Notes under the pieces: generated by a model
Told to the model about the DNA's origin: nothing
The model's database searches: none
Seen by the model: the letters and a program-made list of their open reading frames with translations, nothing else
Program-made: the position numbers and the translations under genes
In this document: positions 26,976 through 39,728 of the stretch, one piece after another
How positions within the stretch are numbered: the stretch's first letter is position 1
How the letters are laid out: every line of letters starts with the position of its first letter
Source: Vicugna vicugna
Lineage: Eukaryota
Assembly: GCA_013265495.1 (NCBI GenBank)
Contig: MU058781.1
Coordinates: 5,645,050 to 5,709,049 of the forward strand
Direction of reading: 5' to 3'
Length of the DNA stretch: 64,000 nt

Positions 26976-27510
26976 ATGTTAAACTCTATCCTCTGTATTG
27001 CAAACACACACACAAACACACACACAAGAAGAAGAAGAAAGACTGGGACTCTAGCATTAAGTAGAACCCCACCAGATTCCAAACCCAGCAGCACACATCC
27101 AACTGTGGACACGCACCACTGCCTTCACAGCAGAATCATAAACATGAGGCGTTCCGTGCTGCTTCACATGACGGCAGGCAAGAGGATGGAATCCCAGGGC
27201 CCTGGCTTCCCAGCTGAAAGGCAGGCTTCTTCTAGTTCCAAAAGAGGGACAACTGACAGGCTCTCGAAGCAAAGCCACTTTTACAACACGTTTATCATGC
27301 TTTTCCTTCCCAGGGTCATCCTCTGACCCCTTCTTCATCCTCTCTGCCCCCCAGACTCTCCTGGTCCTGAAAGAAGCACAGAAATCAGGGACGGCTGGTC
27401 TGTAGGCTCTAGGGATACCCGGGACGTTTCCAGGCTTCGTGTGCGGCTCTTGAAATAAGTGTAAAGAAAATAAAATGCTCTCCCTGCTATGGTTAAAGGA
27501 GTAATAGTCC

Positions 27511-27514
27511 AAAA

Positions 27515-27549
<35 letters not shown>
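27511..27549 (+). repeat. Poly(A) mononucleotide run (34 uninterrupted A, 27516-27549)
   Basis: Directly visible. Confidence 0.95.
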
Positions 27550-27550
<1 letters not shown>

Positions 27551-29615
27551 AGTGACACTGGAGGGAGCTCTAAACATCTAGTGATGGAAAAAAAAGTTGG
27601 AATTATAGATTCTAAAATTAAGAAGAGAAGCTAACACTTGAGGGATGGATAACGTGCTGAATTCTGACTCTTGCTGGTCAGTGTGTCCATTCTTAATATG
27701 GACCCGGAACAGCTGACCGTTAGTGAGATCAATATAAGTGTGAGCATGGGGGCGGGGGAGCCAATACAACCATCCTTATGTTCACTCCTTGGCCAAAAAA
27801 GGAGGCCAATTATTCTTGGCTTCCATATGACCTCTAAAAAGCATTTCCTGGAAATCTTTTCTTGGAGAAGAGTTCTTCTAAGCAAGAGTATTTAAGAGAC
27901 GGGAGAATAACACAAGGGGGATCAGAGCAAGTGAAGCTTGTGGAAATTGGGCACGTTTTATTTACTTCTCCATTTTCCAACAGAAGGTGCTTTGGGAGGA
28001 GTGTGTCCCTTGGTCCCCCACTCCCCCTCCCAACGCCCCCAGACGAAGGGGCATCTGGCTCACATCTGCCCGGGGTGGGGGTGGTTCCGAACCTAACTAG
28101 ACACAAGCTCTGATCTGACAGGCCATGCGAAGTGCGGGGTTAGGGGCCATTTCAATGCTCTCGGGGCCCCTCACACTCAGTCTTCTTCTTGCCTTTAATG
28201 TGTACGCTTGCTGGAGCAGGGCCGTTCCCGAGTGCAGTCTCGTCCTCGGGTGCATGTCCTGGGGTTGTATTCCAGCTGTGTCCCCAGTCCCCGACCTGTG
28301 TGCATGCAAACACACACTCCAAGTGGGCCGTTTTCTGATCCGATTCCCATGAAAGGCCAGCACTCCCTGTCAAGCGGCTCATCTTTCAGCCCCAGGGCGA
28401 TGTCTGCATGTGAGGGGCTGTGGGATGGGCTAGAAAGAGTGTCCAGCCGCGAAGCACATGCTGTATTTTGTATTCATAATAATCGTTTTCCCAGTCACCC
28501 ACTTTTCATTTAGAAAACTTTCTTCCTTCATTTCACGCTATTTACTGAGCATCTAAAACGTTAATGCACTGCACTAGGCTTGGAAGATGTCCTGGTATTT
28601 GTCTAATTTCTCGAAAAGAAAGCCTTTCTCATTTGGATCGCTCAGAACGCCAAACATGACCTGTACACAGGAATCCACATTCCAACCCCTTGCCCTGCCC
28701 GGGAATAAAAGTCGTTCCTCGGAGCACAGGGCAGAAGATAAACCTGCTCTGGGTGCGTAAGCATATCGCAGGCACACAACACTCACTAGTCAACTTGTGA
28801 TTAAAGACAGTCTCTACTTTTAAGAAGCCGTCTATGTATATCATGGTAATAAAAGCCCAAAGCCCTAGCTGTATGCTATAAATGATGAAACAGTGAGGAC
28901 GAGAACAGTGTGCTATTCTGCATCTTATCCCGAAACAGCTTTACTTGAATTTCCCAGCCTGTCTCCTTTCAATTCCACTTAATACCGGTTTGACACCGTT
29001 TCCCCAGCGTCCGCAATGAAGTCATGCACCTTGTTGATGGAAATTACCCGAGCTGTGATCCAAAAGGCTCTCAGCGAGCCGGGCACAGAAATCAGAATGG
29101 TAACACAGGAAGCACTCAAATAACCCACTTTCTAAAGCCTGGGTTTTATAAAATGTTAGTCCTGGACTAGAAGCGATCTGAGAGGAGAACTATTCCAAGC
29201 TCTGCTTTCGGTGGCGGACACGCCAGGTTCCTGTCGGCCATGGTTGACTGCAGGGCCGCCGAGGCCTCAACCACAGCTCCTGCCTTGCGCTCTTCCCACA
29301 GACTACTCACTCACAGCACATCCTGTCCCTCGGTCTTAGCTAGTATTTATGCATCCCATGTGCAAAGTCTGCTAATGTCCTTTACAGATCACTCATGAAG
29401 TCAGTGCTTGGATGAAGACGTGAAGTTTACTGGAGGTGAAAGATGAGGCAGAAAATGGGGAGAGGACCTGGCACTGGGGCTTCAACCCTGCCCCCTACTT
29501 CTTCATGGAATGGCTGTGTATGAACCAGCACGGGAGGGAGCGTGTACCCCGCGCTGTCCATTTTTGGAAGGAAAGATTATAAAGATGTGCTTGGGATGCT
29601 TTCTTTTGCTTTAAA

Positions 29616-29764
29616 ATTCTTATTTATTTATTTATTTTTCGGCAGCGGGAGGGAGGTAATTAGGTCTATGTATTTATTTACTTTTAGAGGAGCTACTGGG
29701 GATTGAACCCAGGACCTCGTGCATGCTAAGCATGCCCTCTACGACTTGAGCTATATCCTCCCCC
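29616..29764 (-). mobile_element. tRNA-Ala-derived SINE (camelid Vic-1-like), full length with TSD
   Basis: Minus strand reads GGGGGAGGATATAGCTCAAGTCGTAGAGGGCATGCTTAGCATGCACGAGGTCCTGGGTTCAATCCCCAG (Pol III A/B boxes), then CCTAATTACC and an (AAAT)n tail; exact flanking repeat ATGCTTTCTTTTGCTTTAAA at 29596-29615 and 29765-29784. Confidence 0.93.
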
Positions 29765-32349
29765 ATGCTTTCTTTTGCTTTAAATGCAGATGAAGCTGAT
29801 GGTTCAATATGCATCTCATGAAACCATTCCTCCTCAAACCCCAGTCTTCTCTTTTCTCCCTCTTAAGTTTTCCTCTATTAAATTAGAACAACAGGACACT
29901 AAAGAAGTGAAACTCCTGGAGGAATGGGGAGGTGGATAAAATTTTTGGATTCCTCTTCTCTCTAAATTCATCATACCAAGAAGAACCCAAGGGCAGCAGC
30001 TTTCCAAGAATCTAGAGGAAACTTTCTGTAAGCCCTGCTGTGATTCACTCCCAGGCAACTCCGAGTTGAGCCATCTCTGTTTTCAAGGTAACGAGGAGAT
30101 GAGCGAGCCCGAACTAACATATTCTGTATTCGTAACCTCTGAAGGCACTCCTAGATGTTCCAACTTCCTTCCGTATCTGCTGCAGAGAGTCAGCCTGGTG
30201 AAAGTTCACGGCAGGAGGAGATCAGAGATCATCTAAGAGGAAGTCGTGGCTCAGAGAGATGAGGAGACAGACGTGCCCAAGGTCACGGAGGAAGCAGCAA
30301 GGATAACTTGGCTCAGGTTTAAAGGATCACGTTACAGGGCATTACCCTTATCGAAAAGTTTTAACTTCAGGTTACTGACAGAGGCACATTATTGAAATAT
30401 TTTTAAAAAACGTTCTCTCCTAAGGATAGGCCTTCATGACTCAAAATAATACGGATTCAATGGCTGGAGCGGGACGCTGCCCTGCAGACCCATGCCTAAG
30501 TGGACACTGGAGTGGCAGTAACTCCTGCCCCTGGGGCACGTGGAGGTCACGAAGGAATGACCTTCTCAGGGTCAGTATGGCCCCTAAGACGATGTTGACA
30601 CATGTTCCTCAAAAGTACCTGTCTCACCCTCTGGACGGTGAAGATGGTTTCATTTACGGTATCTTGATTGTTTACACGTCATTTTCAATTAGCAACTGCA
30701 AATAAAATACTTATAGAAGTATTATTTACCATAATATTTATATTAAAACCATATTAAGGACTATAGTTAAAGAAGCGGGGAAGCAAGGAGATGACTAAAA
30801 TGCCCAAGGGCACCATACTGCCAGCTAGTTGCCGACTTAGGCTAGAAATCTACGCTCTGAAATCCTGGGTCATGTGTTGCTGGAAGCTGGAGGATGTGAG
30901 CTGCCTGTGAATCTGGGTAAGTCTGGGTGGGCTGGGCGGTAGGTGGAGAGATGTGCCAGCCGTGCAGAGGCTGCTTGCTGAGGCTCGTGGCAGGGAACGA
31001 ACAGCGGCTGACACATGGTATCTGAATGCCGGTGCTTCTCGGACCCTCTCTGGGGCTTGCGGTCTAAAGAAGGAACTGACTCTGAGTAGAGGATTGGGGT
31101 AACTGTGAGGAACGCTGACGGGGGCAGAGCAGAGCCGATACAAAGGGAGGGAGCAGTGGGAGCACCTGCCAACCCAGCCTCTTGGGGAAGGGACAGTGGG
31201 GTCACAGAGAGCCAGAGCCTGCCATGTTCTGTGGCCTGAGAAGAAAATCTGTAACACTCAGGAGGGAGGGGACACATTTCCCCATTTCTACTTGGCATGA
31301 GAGTAAAAGAGGGATCAGTCAAGAACTCTTCTGACATCAAAGGGCAGAATCAGGCACTGATGAAACATTCCAGAGGGAGTCTGGGGACCACACAGACAGC
31401 ACAGGGAGTGATGTCAGGAGGAGAGCGGGCACCACGAGCCTGGCAGGAGAAGGGCTGGGAGGCCCTTGGGAGGACTCTGGTGACATTCCAGAAATAGGCA
31501 AGAGGACCAACAGGCTGGGAGTGGACGGGGAAGGAAGCATCACTTTACAGGTGCCTCATACCCACTCCTCCAAGGCATCCTTGGGAAGGTGCAGCCTCGG
31601 GAAATCTGAGTTAGTGTCCCTTTTAAATAAACTAAATAATGTCTTCGCCAAAGCTGGCTTTCACATTGGCTCCCTCCATTTCTAAATCGAGTTCACTGTT
31701 AAACCTGTTAATGTTAAGCATTGTCTTAAACATTCTTTCACCAAGTAGGTGCCCTAAAAGTGAGAATGAGGAATGCAATGAGGATAAAGGATCTGAGAGT
31801 GATGGTGGTAAGAAAAGGTAATGATAACTCAGGCCTTGCTCTCTGACAGGCACAGCTGAAATTCATGACATGTATTTTGCCATTTAATTTTCAGAATAAC
31901 CTTTGTGGTATTCATGGAAGGAAAGTGAGGATGATATGGTCAGCTACCTCATCCAAATTCTCACGACGAGTAGATAGCGGAAGTGGAACTCGAATCTGTT
32001 GTGTCTAATTCCAAAACCTACGTCTTACCCTGGCACCCACCAGAATGTCTGCCACACAGTAGGTGCTTAATAAATGTCGGCGACCGAACAAAAGAACTGG
32101 CTAAAACAATACACAGTTTCTAACACTTGGACAATCCAGTGGTACACTGAGAGTCATTCTTGGCCTAAATTAGTTAAATATCTCTCATCATTTTAACACA
32201 ATAGAAACAGTCATTACAATCGAACAATGTCACCAGATCGATATTTCCTGCTAAGGAATAAATGACTCTGACGTGCTTTGACATTTTTTCCCCCAAAAAA
32301 CCCAACTCCGCTTTGCCCCGACATTTACAAATCGGCGAGAGAGGGTTAC

Positions 32350-32398
32350 CCCGAGCAGCTGCCTGTTCCACAGAACGGCCTCTGCTTCTGCCTTCTCT
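32350..32398 (-). other. Candidate 49-nt spliced exon of an unidentified minus-strand host gene
   Basis: ~70-nt AG-free pyrimidine-rich tract ending ...ttgtgcttcgcag|, purine-rich body AGAGAAGGCAGAAGCAGAGG..., donor GGG|gtaacc; product not recognised. Confidence 0.35.
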
Positions 32399-32687
32399 CT
32401 GCGAAGCACAACGGAGACAAAAGCAAATTGAAAAGAAAAAAACAAAAATAAGGAAAGATAATAATTGTAACTGTTACTGTGTACTGACTTTTTAAACCTA
32501 GTTAAGAATCTGACTTGCAGTTTCTGTAATTTAAAAAGCTAGTTGATGGAGGTCTAGGGTGACGTAAGGACCATTTTAAAAAGCTCTTACACATGCAGAA
32601 GGCAGACCCTTCTTGGCCCCTTGCCCTCACACATCTTGGTCTGTGCTTTTTAAGCAACAGGGGGTTTTATACAAGCTCCACGCCATG

Positions 32688-32706
32688 GGACTCCCCCTGG
32701 TGGCCT
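32688..32706 (-). promoter_or_regulatory. CTCF-motif-like site
   Basis: Minus strand AGGCCACCAGGGGGAGTCC versus consensus TGGCCACCAGGGGGCGCTA. Confidence 0.4.
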
Positions 32707-32939
32707 GCTGTGGAAGTGAGGCCGGGGCAGCCACTGCCACTGGCTGAGAAAGGTACACCAAAGCCAGGAGCAGGTTTCAGTGGGCTCCAGCGTGCGCTTC
32801 AGAATGAACCCTTCAAGAACTGAGCTTGGCTTCCTGATCTGTGGCTGAGGAGGCTTGGTATCAAATCACCAAGGATGTATGATGAGCTTGAACCCAACGG
32901 CGGCTGCGGGATGGAGGATGGCGTGGGGGCAGGCGTGGG

Positions 32940-33010
32940 GAGCCCTGGGCTCTAGTATTATTGCTCCAGCCTCTTATTCTCTGTGACCCTGAGCAAGTCA
33001 CAGCCTCTTG
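32940..33010 (+). mobile_element. MIR head fragment
   Basis: 'gagccctgggctctag...ctctgtgaccctgagcaagtcacagcctct'. Confidence 0.5.
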
Positions 33011-35729
33011 CCACCTTCCTTTCCTTATTATTATTTTCAATTTTTGAAATACCATGACTCCCCAGTGTACTTAACTGAGGTCTTTTCCCTGACGGAATCT
33101 GTAATCCGGTTGACGATATAAAACCTACTCTCGTGAGCCAATTAGAGGACCAAACAAGCGCTGAAAGGCCTTTCATGGAGGAAAAGAAGCTGAAATGATC
33201 TTTGAAAAAAAAAATACGATTTACAAAGGTGAGCGCAGGAAGGCAATCCTGCTGATCTTGCATTCGGACTTCTGATGAAGGCTCACTTCACAGGCTATGT
33301 CCGGATTTTTTTTTTCATGTAGCAAGATTTTGAAGACTATTTAACCAGTGGTTTGTCTAAACCCGTGTAAGGGGATGCCTTTTAACATATCATCCCCTGC
33401 TTTAAGCGAAGCTGATACGCACAAAATTCAGAGACATAAAATGGTGCAATCTCTTGTTTTACTAAATTTTTTCTCATTTTCTAAAGCCTTCGTTATGACC
33501 TTCCTTTAAATTGGGAGCCTCCGATGAAAAAAAGCATATCAGAATCACATATACTCAGGTCAGACACAACATCTGTGGAACAAAGTGAATTCAAGTTCCA
33601 GTGTCCTCTCAAAGCGTAGCAGTGCCTGTTCTGAATGGGAATGGCCGGTGCTGAAGATGTGAAATCCTTAGAAAACGAAAGTCGAAAGGATGCTTGCTGA
33701 TGCTAGCTACAGCCTGTGCTCCTGAAGAAAATGACTTATCCCAGGCATCATCAACAGTAGTTACACAGAACTAATTTTCATGTCTCATTGACTCTAGGTA
33801 TTGCTGTCTTGATTAATCTCGCTAATACCACATGTTACTTCTACACTGATGTTACATTAAAGCCATTGGTAGATCTGTAAGAAATGAACAAATATGCAAA
33901 AATGGGCAATTCAGGGTCTTCCTCATGGGTAAACTCAGCAAAAGCCTTTGATGACAGTGGGTGTTGCCGCAGCCTGGAGCAAGTTTACCAGCATAGACCT
34001 GGTATTTTCCCATGAAGACAAGCAGGAATCCAGGAACCCTAAACCCAGATTCTTCTAGTCATTTTCTTGAAGGTAAAAACAGACAGACAAACAACCATGC
34101 TGACTGCATCAGGATCTAAGAAACGAGGGAGAGGGTAAGGAAAGAACAGGAGAGAATGAGCATAAGGATGTAGATCAATGAGGAGGTTCAGGGCTGATAC
34201 ATCTCCTGCCCATGAATGACCTGGGAGAAAATGAATGTCATCGTAGGGTGGGCGTTGCTTGTTCACAGTGGGAAGACAGGGGATCTGGGCTTCTAGTCCT
34301 GGCTCAGACATATCTCATGCCTTTCTCTGATTTCCTCAGAAGGAAGTAATTTCTCTATCCACTGAAGTCCAGTACCTCTTGATTCACAACAGATGATTCA
34401 ACGTTGGCCTTGTGTCTAAGTTGTTCATACAAATGTCTTACCTCCCTAAGTAGACTGTCATAGCCTTCTTGAGGTCAGCCTGCACATTTCGATTCATGTC
34501 TCTGTCTCCCCAGAGATACTAAATATCAGTTGAACAAATGACTAAATGCAGGATATACAGGTTTGCTAAGTCAAGGCAGTAAAAATGCTGTTGGATCTTG
34601 GGCGCAAATTCTGAGATGTTATCATCTGATTAAGTTAATGCAAATGCTGATTCCCTGAATGGTAAACTATGGAATATAAACTCTGCCAAATAGCAGAAAA
34701 CTTTCTAACAGCTCTGCCTTTTGCTGTGCGTGGTCCCATGTACCCAGTCCAGATCTTGCATCCAAACACCCAAATGTAAGAAATTTAGTTTGAAATAAGT
34801 CAGGTGTCAATCGTGAGAGTTTAACAGACTGCCTTAGGCAGCCTCCTGTGTGTCCTTAACTCCTGAGGGTTTACTCATATGCAACCCACTCTCCCTTGTC
34901 TCCGAAGCCCACACGAGAGCATTAACCTGACTGCCCACACTCCCCTCTGCCCGGACTTATATGACTTTAATTTTCCCTTTCAGAAAAACAAAACAACAAA
35001 ATCAAACTCCACTAAGTACTTAACTGTATTCAAATATCCATACAATCCTATCCATGACAACAGTCTCCATCTTTCAGAAATTTAATTTCCAGCATCTCCC
35101 ACCTCCATGGACAACGGAAGAAAATGGGCCTCAGTGTCACAAACTTTAGCACCTCTCAAGGAACTAATTAAATCTCCTAGGACTCTGGCACCCACACCCT
35201 AAGAAATTTGAAGGGTGTGCAAAATCCCAACCCAATTCAACACTGTTATAATAAAAGCCCTTTGCTTTATGTAAAGCTTCATCTTGAATTTCTTTGTCTC
35301 TTCCCCCCACAGAGTAGTAGATTTCCAAATTCCCCAAAGGTCATGAGTTTGGCAATGGAACAATGGTATTCCGAGACGGAGAGCCGTGGTGAGGGCTGGC
35401 CTCTCTCCGGGCCACGCCGTGGGGCTGTTGTCTCTCTTGGGAGCTTCAGGCGTCATCAAAGTGCCTGAACACTGGTCACAGCGGGGAAACTCAGACTCTG
35501 AGGTGATATCGTTGCCACCCAGGTGGGGAGACACTGAACCAGACCTTCGGGCATCAAGGTGCCACCCGGTGGGGGATGCATGCGCAGGGACGTCCTACAG
35601 TTCTCACGTGTCGGCGGTGTTGAGGTTTCTGTCTATTCACAAGACAAAAGGAGTTCTCCTGATTCCAACCCAAGCCCACCTGGAAATGAAGCAAAGGTCA
35701 GGGAAACAGCACATGCTGGAAGCTTGGTT

Positions 35730-35920
35730 TAAAAGTGCCAATCATCACGCCACATGTTTTCTCCTTCATCTTCACAAAACCCTACAAAGTAGGAACGATT
35801 ACTCCATTTAAAGACAATCTGAATCTCAAAAGACACAGCTAGTACATTACAGATGCAGGATTCAAACCCACGCCTGCCTAGTTCTTAAATTCATGTTCTT
35901 ATCATATACCACACTGCCTT
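35730..35920 (-). mobile_element. MIR SINE
   Basis: 'atcttcacaaaaccctacaaagtagg...acacagctagta...caggattcaaaccca...taccacactgcct'. Confidence 0.7.
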
Positions 35921-38686
35921 TCAAAAGGGAAAACTGGTTTTTAGCTGCAAAATATAGTTTTGTCCATTTTGTAGAAGGTAAGACTCCTGACTCATCCTTT
36001 TCGCTACAGACTTGGGCATCACATCTACTTATTCTCAGTTTGACCCTCTTGTACTAGGGGCTCATCTCCATAAAATGGGAGCCTAGTAATGGAAACATAT
36101 CTAGCAGTTATATCATAAACAACAAACGTTTAATGAATGGATGAATGAATGTGAGACAGTGGGTGAGAGAATCAATGAATGAATGATCTGACAAGTCCAT
36201 ACTGAGACTGAATCGGCAATCTTTGTCTTTGGTGCATTACCTTTTTTTTTTTTTTAAACCTTGGTGACGTGACATTTTGGTGTCTGGAGAAAAAGCCTGT
36301 GTGTGTGATGGTGGTCTGGCCTTTTTCAATGACACAGCAGCCCACCTGACACAATGCTCATTTCCATGAGCCACTGAACTCAGCCTGAAGCCAAGATTTC
36401 CTTTGGAAGGATGCAGCTTAAGGAAATAGATACTAAAGAGGTGGTTATTTGGGCAAACAAGTTAATTTACATTCCTGTATGCTTTTTAAAAGTGAAACAC
36501 ATTCTCAAAAAGTCAGAGAGTAAAGAAAATCCATACTGCTCCATTCTGAGTCTTGAAAATAAAATGTTGACTCTTAATAGAAGAGATGCTTAATGTGGAG
36601 GATGAACCCTGAACTGCATTCTGTAGTCTAAAGGAGCTAATTAAAACATGACCAGGCAGTGATTATGTACTCAGAGGCGTCCCCCAGGCCCTGAGATTTC
36701 CACAGCTCAGATAATCTCACTGCTGGCTATCATTTATACCAGGTGTTAGACACTTGATACAGAAACGAACTTCCACCCTTCTCATTTCTCGGTTCAGGGA
36801 ATCCTAGTCAATTCTTTGGCATATTGTACATTAAACGAGGTGGCGAGACACACTTAACCAAGTGAACTATCGGAGAGTGAGGTTTGGATGCTTATCAGCC
36901 ACTGTTAAAAACCCACCCAACCCATTCTGGTAGGATCCCTGTAGTTACTAAGCCCTGGCCTTCATTCTCTCTCCACTCAGAATTCACGCTAAGCTATTAT
37001 AAGGAAGCCAAAGATAAAACAGCTTCTGCATAATGAAACACTAATCCCCAGAGTGTGACGCCCACGACACAAATGAATGCTAGACAGAAGATAACCAAAT
37101 GTCTAGACTTATTCAAACTCGCTTCTCGCAGTTCAAACTTGTACTCACGGCTTTATCAGCTTACAAAGCATAAACTGGTTTAAAAACACAACCGAACAAC
37201 AACCATAAGGAGCTAAACCCAGCAGAACCCCTTCGCTTGGGCCTCCCTGATTTGAGATAGTCTGTGTTTATCCGAACACAGCAACACCTTCTTAAGCTGA
37301 TAGCAACTTACTGAAAATAGTACACAGTTTGAAGCCTCTGAACGTGATGAACTTTGTCCTTTTTACTAAACATATTGGTAGCCTGGACCATCTCCTAGTA
37401 AGTCCATTTTTCTGGCTCCTTAAAGTTAAATTAATAAAATTGCCCAATTTAACAATCTGTGGGCTTGTGTTCAGTACAGTGGACTGAAAGGATGGCTCTC
37501 TGAATTCTAGAATGCAGATGTCATCACATCTCAAACATTGTACCAGCAGCCTCATTATATCTTTATAACAACTCTCCGAGGTACCCAATTTCCTACCTAG
37601 GACACCAACTATGTCCTCGGGCAAGTTACCTTACGCCTTGGTTTCTCCAACAGAAATGAGAATCGTAAAATATGAAAGATTAAATGAAATTAAAAGATGG
37701 CCAATTCATTCATCTTAAGCAGCAAAACAGCTGGTAAGGAGGCATATGTAACTTTCATATAGGTAAATTCACTCTTCTTTTTATGTCTTTGTCAAGGTCC
37801 AGCTCAAAACTTCATTTCTAATCAAGGTAAAAATTGCATTCAAATTTTGGAGATCACTTCGAGAGAAGTTAGATATTGGTCCGGAAGGCCTCGCTGATTT
37901 GTACCCCAACAGAATGTATGGATTCATGCAGGCGTCTCTTTAACCTTTTGTCATGCACAGAAATCAACTTCACTAAGAAAGGTGACAGTTCAAGCAATAC
38001 TCTCCACCTCTTTCACACAAATATTTCACTGTACAATTGGGAGTTCCAGAGGAGTTATTTCAACATCGAAGTCCTCGTTTCCCCGAGGCAGGTGGACGAA
38101 ACAGAAGCAGCTGAGAAAAGCATCTGGGACTGAGTCTTGGCCCGTTTCTGCCTCCCAGGACCCCAGCCCTGGGGAAAAGCTGGGACGCCACATGTGGCAA
38201 CTTTAATTTATCCTTTTTCTGGTGAAGACAAGGTCAGTTAAGTAACATTTTTTTTAATCCCCAGTTTACTGCTTTTATTTTTATTTATTTAGGGTTTTTT
38301 TATTTGTTTTTGTTTTTAATGAAAAATGGAACTAATTCATTACAGGTAATAAATCTGTACACAGAGCTTGAAATACAGTTTGAAAGTATCGGCCACCATA
38401 AGCTGTTTCCCAGCAATTCGACTTCTAGATATTTATTTACAATACCATAAAAGTGCCTGACTGGCTCCAAGGTTTCATCAATTAGTTGCAGATATTACAT
38501 CACTGGATGCAGAATCTCACCTGAGATTAGAGAAGCACTATATAGAATGAGCATATAGATTGACCTTGGAGTACCCTGACCTTGACTGTAATAAGTTACA
38601 AAGAGCAGATGAGCAAATTAAGCTCAAATAGGGAAAAATAAATTATTCTGGGAGTGACAGTGAGAAGGTTTTGAATTTTTAAAAAG

Positions 38687-38931
38687 TTTTATTTTTTTTT
38701 ATTGAGGTATGGTTGATTTACAATGTTATGTAAGTTTTAGGTATACAACATAGTGAGTCACAGCTTTTAAAGGTTATACTCCATTTATTGTTATAAAATG
38801 TTGGCTGTATTCCCTGTACTGTACAGTATCTCCCTGCAGCTCATTTATTTTATACCCAGTAGTCTGTATCTCTTAATCCCTCACCCCTATCTTGCCCCTC
38901 CCCACTACCCCCTCCCCATTGGTAACCACTG
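38687..38931 (-). mobile_element. 5'-truncated L1 3' end
   Basis: Poly(T) then 'attgaggtatggttgatttacaatgt...aggtatacaacatagtga...ttggctgtattccctgt...cctccccattggtaaccact'. Confidence 0.85.
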
Positions 38932-39589
38932 AAGTTACATTTTTATTAATGGAAAAAAGTACCCCTAGTTACAGCCAAAATAAAGACCTCATCTGTTCTG
39001 TTGTTGTTTAGGGCCCCCCTGCTCCAAGGATGGAACAAAATGGGGTTCTGGGAGGCCCCCCCCATGTCTCTTCTGGAAGCAAGAATTATCTCAAGTCTGG
39101 AAAAAGAAAGTGAGGACATTTTTAATTTTTATTCTTCCCTTCAAATGAATGAGGAGAATTATGCCCCGTGAGGGAAACAGGACCAGTACATAAGTCGGTA
39201 ATGTAAACAGGACTGTAGTTAAAGTTTAATTTATTCACAGGAAAAAATACCAGCCTTTCTTGAGCATTCATTTTTGCGTTCAGTGTGTTCAGAACAAATG
39301 GTCATTATCTAGTTTCTGTAAAGCAGTGTTTATGAATTGGAAAAAAAAAACTGCAGTCAATAATTTACATGTCTGGGAGTAAAGTAACACAAGTTATTTT
39401 CTGAGAAAGACTGCATAATTTAGACTGAATTAATGTAAAATGACTTTCTCTCCAAAAAATCTGAATTAGATTTTACTGGCCCAATAATTAATACTAAATG
39501 ACACACCTACTTCCCTTTGTATCCTCTATCCCTGTGGCCTTTTAATATTGACAAAGCTTTTGCTCGATCCATGGAGCACACAATAGAGC

Positions 39590-39728
39590 CACCTGTAAAA
39601 TGTAAGAAAGAATAATGCCTACTTTATAAGGTCGTTGTGCAGATTTAATGAGACAGTCACGAAAAGCACTTAGTATAGAGCTTGGTACCTATTAGATATT
39701 CCATAAATGTCAACTGTAATTATTATTC
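39590..39728 (+). mobile_element. MIR 3' half
   Basis: 'ctgtaaaatg...aataatgcctactttataaggtcgttgtgcagatttaatgaga...aaagcacttag...ataaatgt'. Confidence 0.75.

Noticed and set aside
27511..27549. Long poly(A) as the tail of a retro-insertion
   Set aside because: No upstream SINE/L1 body and no TSD are visible; treated as a simple repeat.
25072..37190. Near-identical ~22-mers AAAGCATAAA(AA)CTGGTTTAAAAA at ~25073 and ~37166
   Set aside because: Short, A-rich and 12 kb apart with unrelated flanks; consistent with chance.
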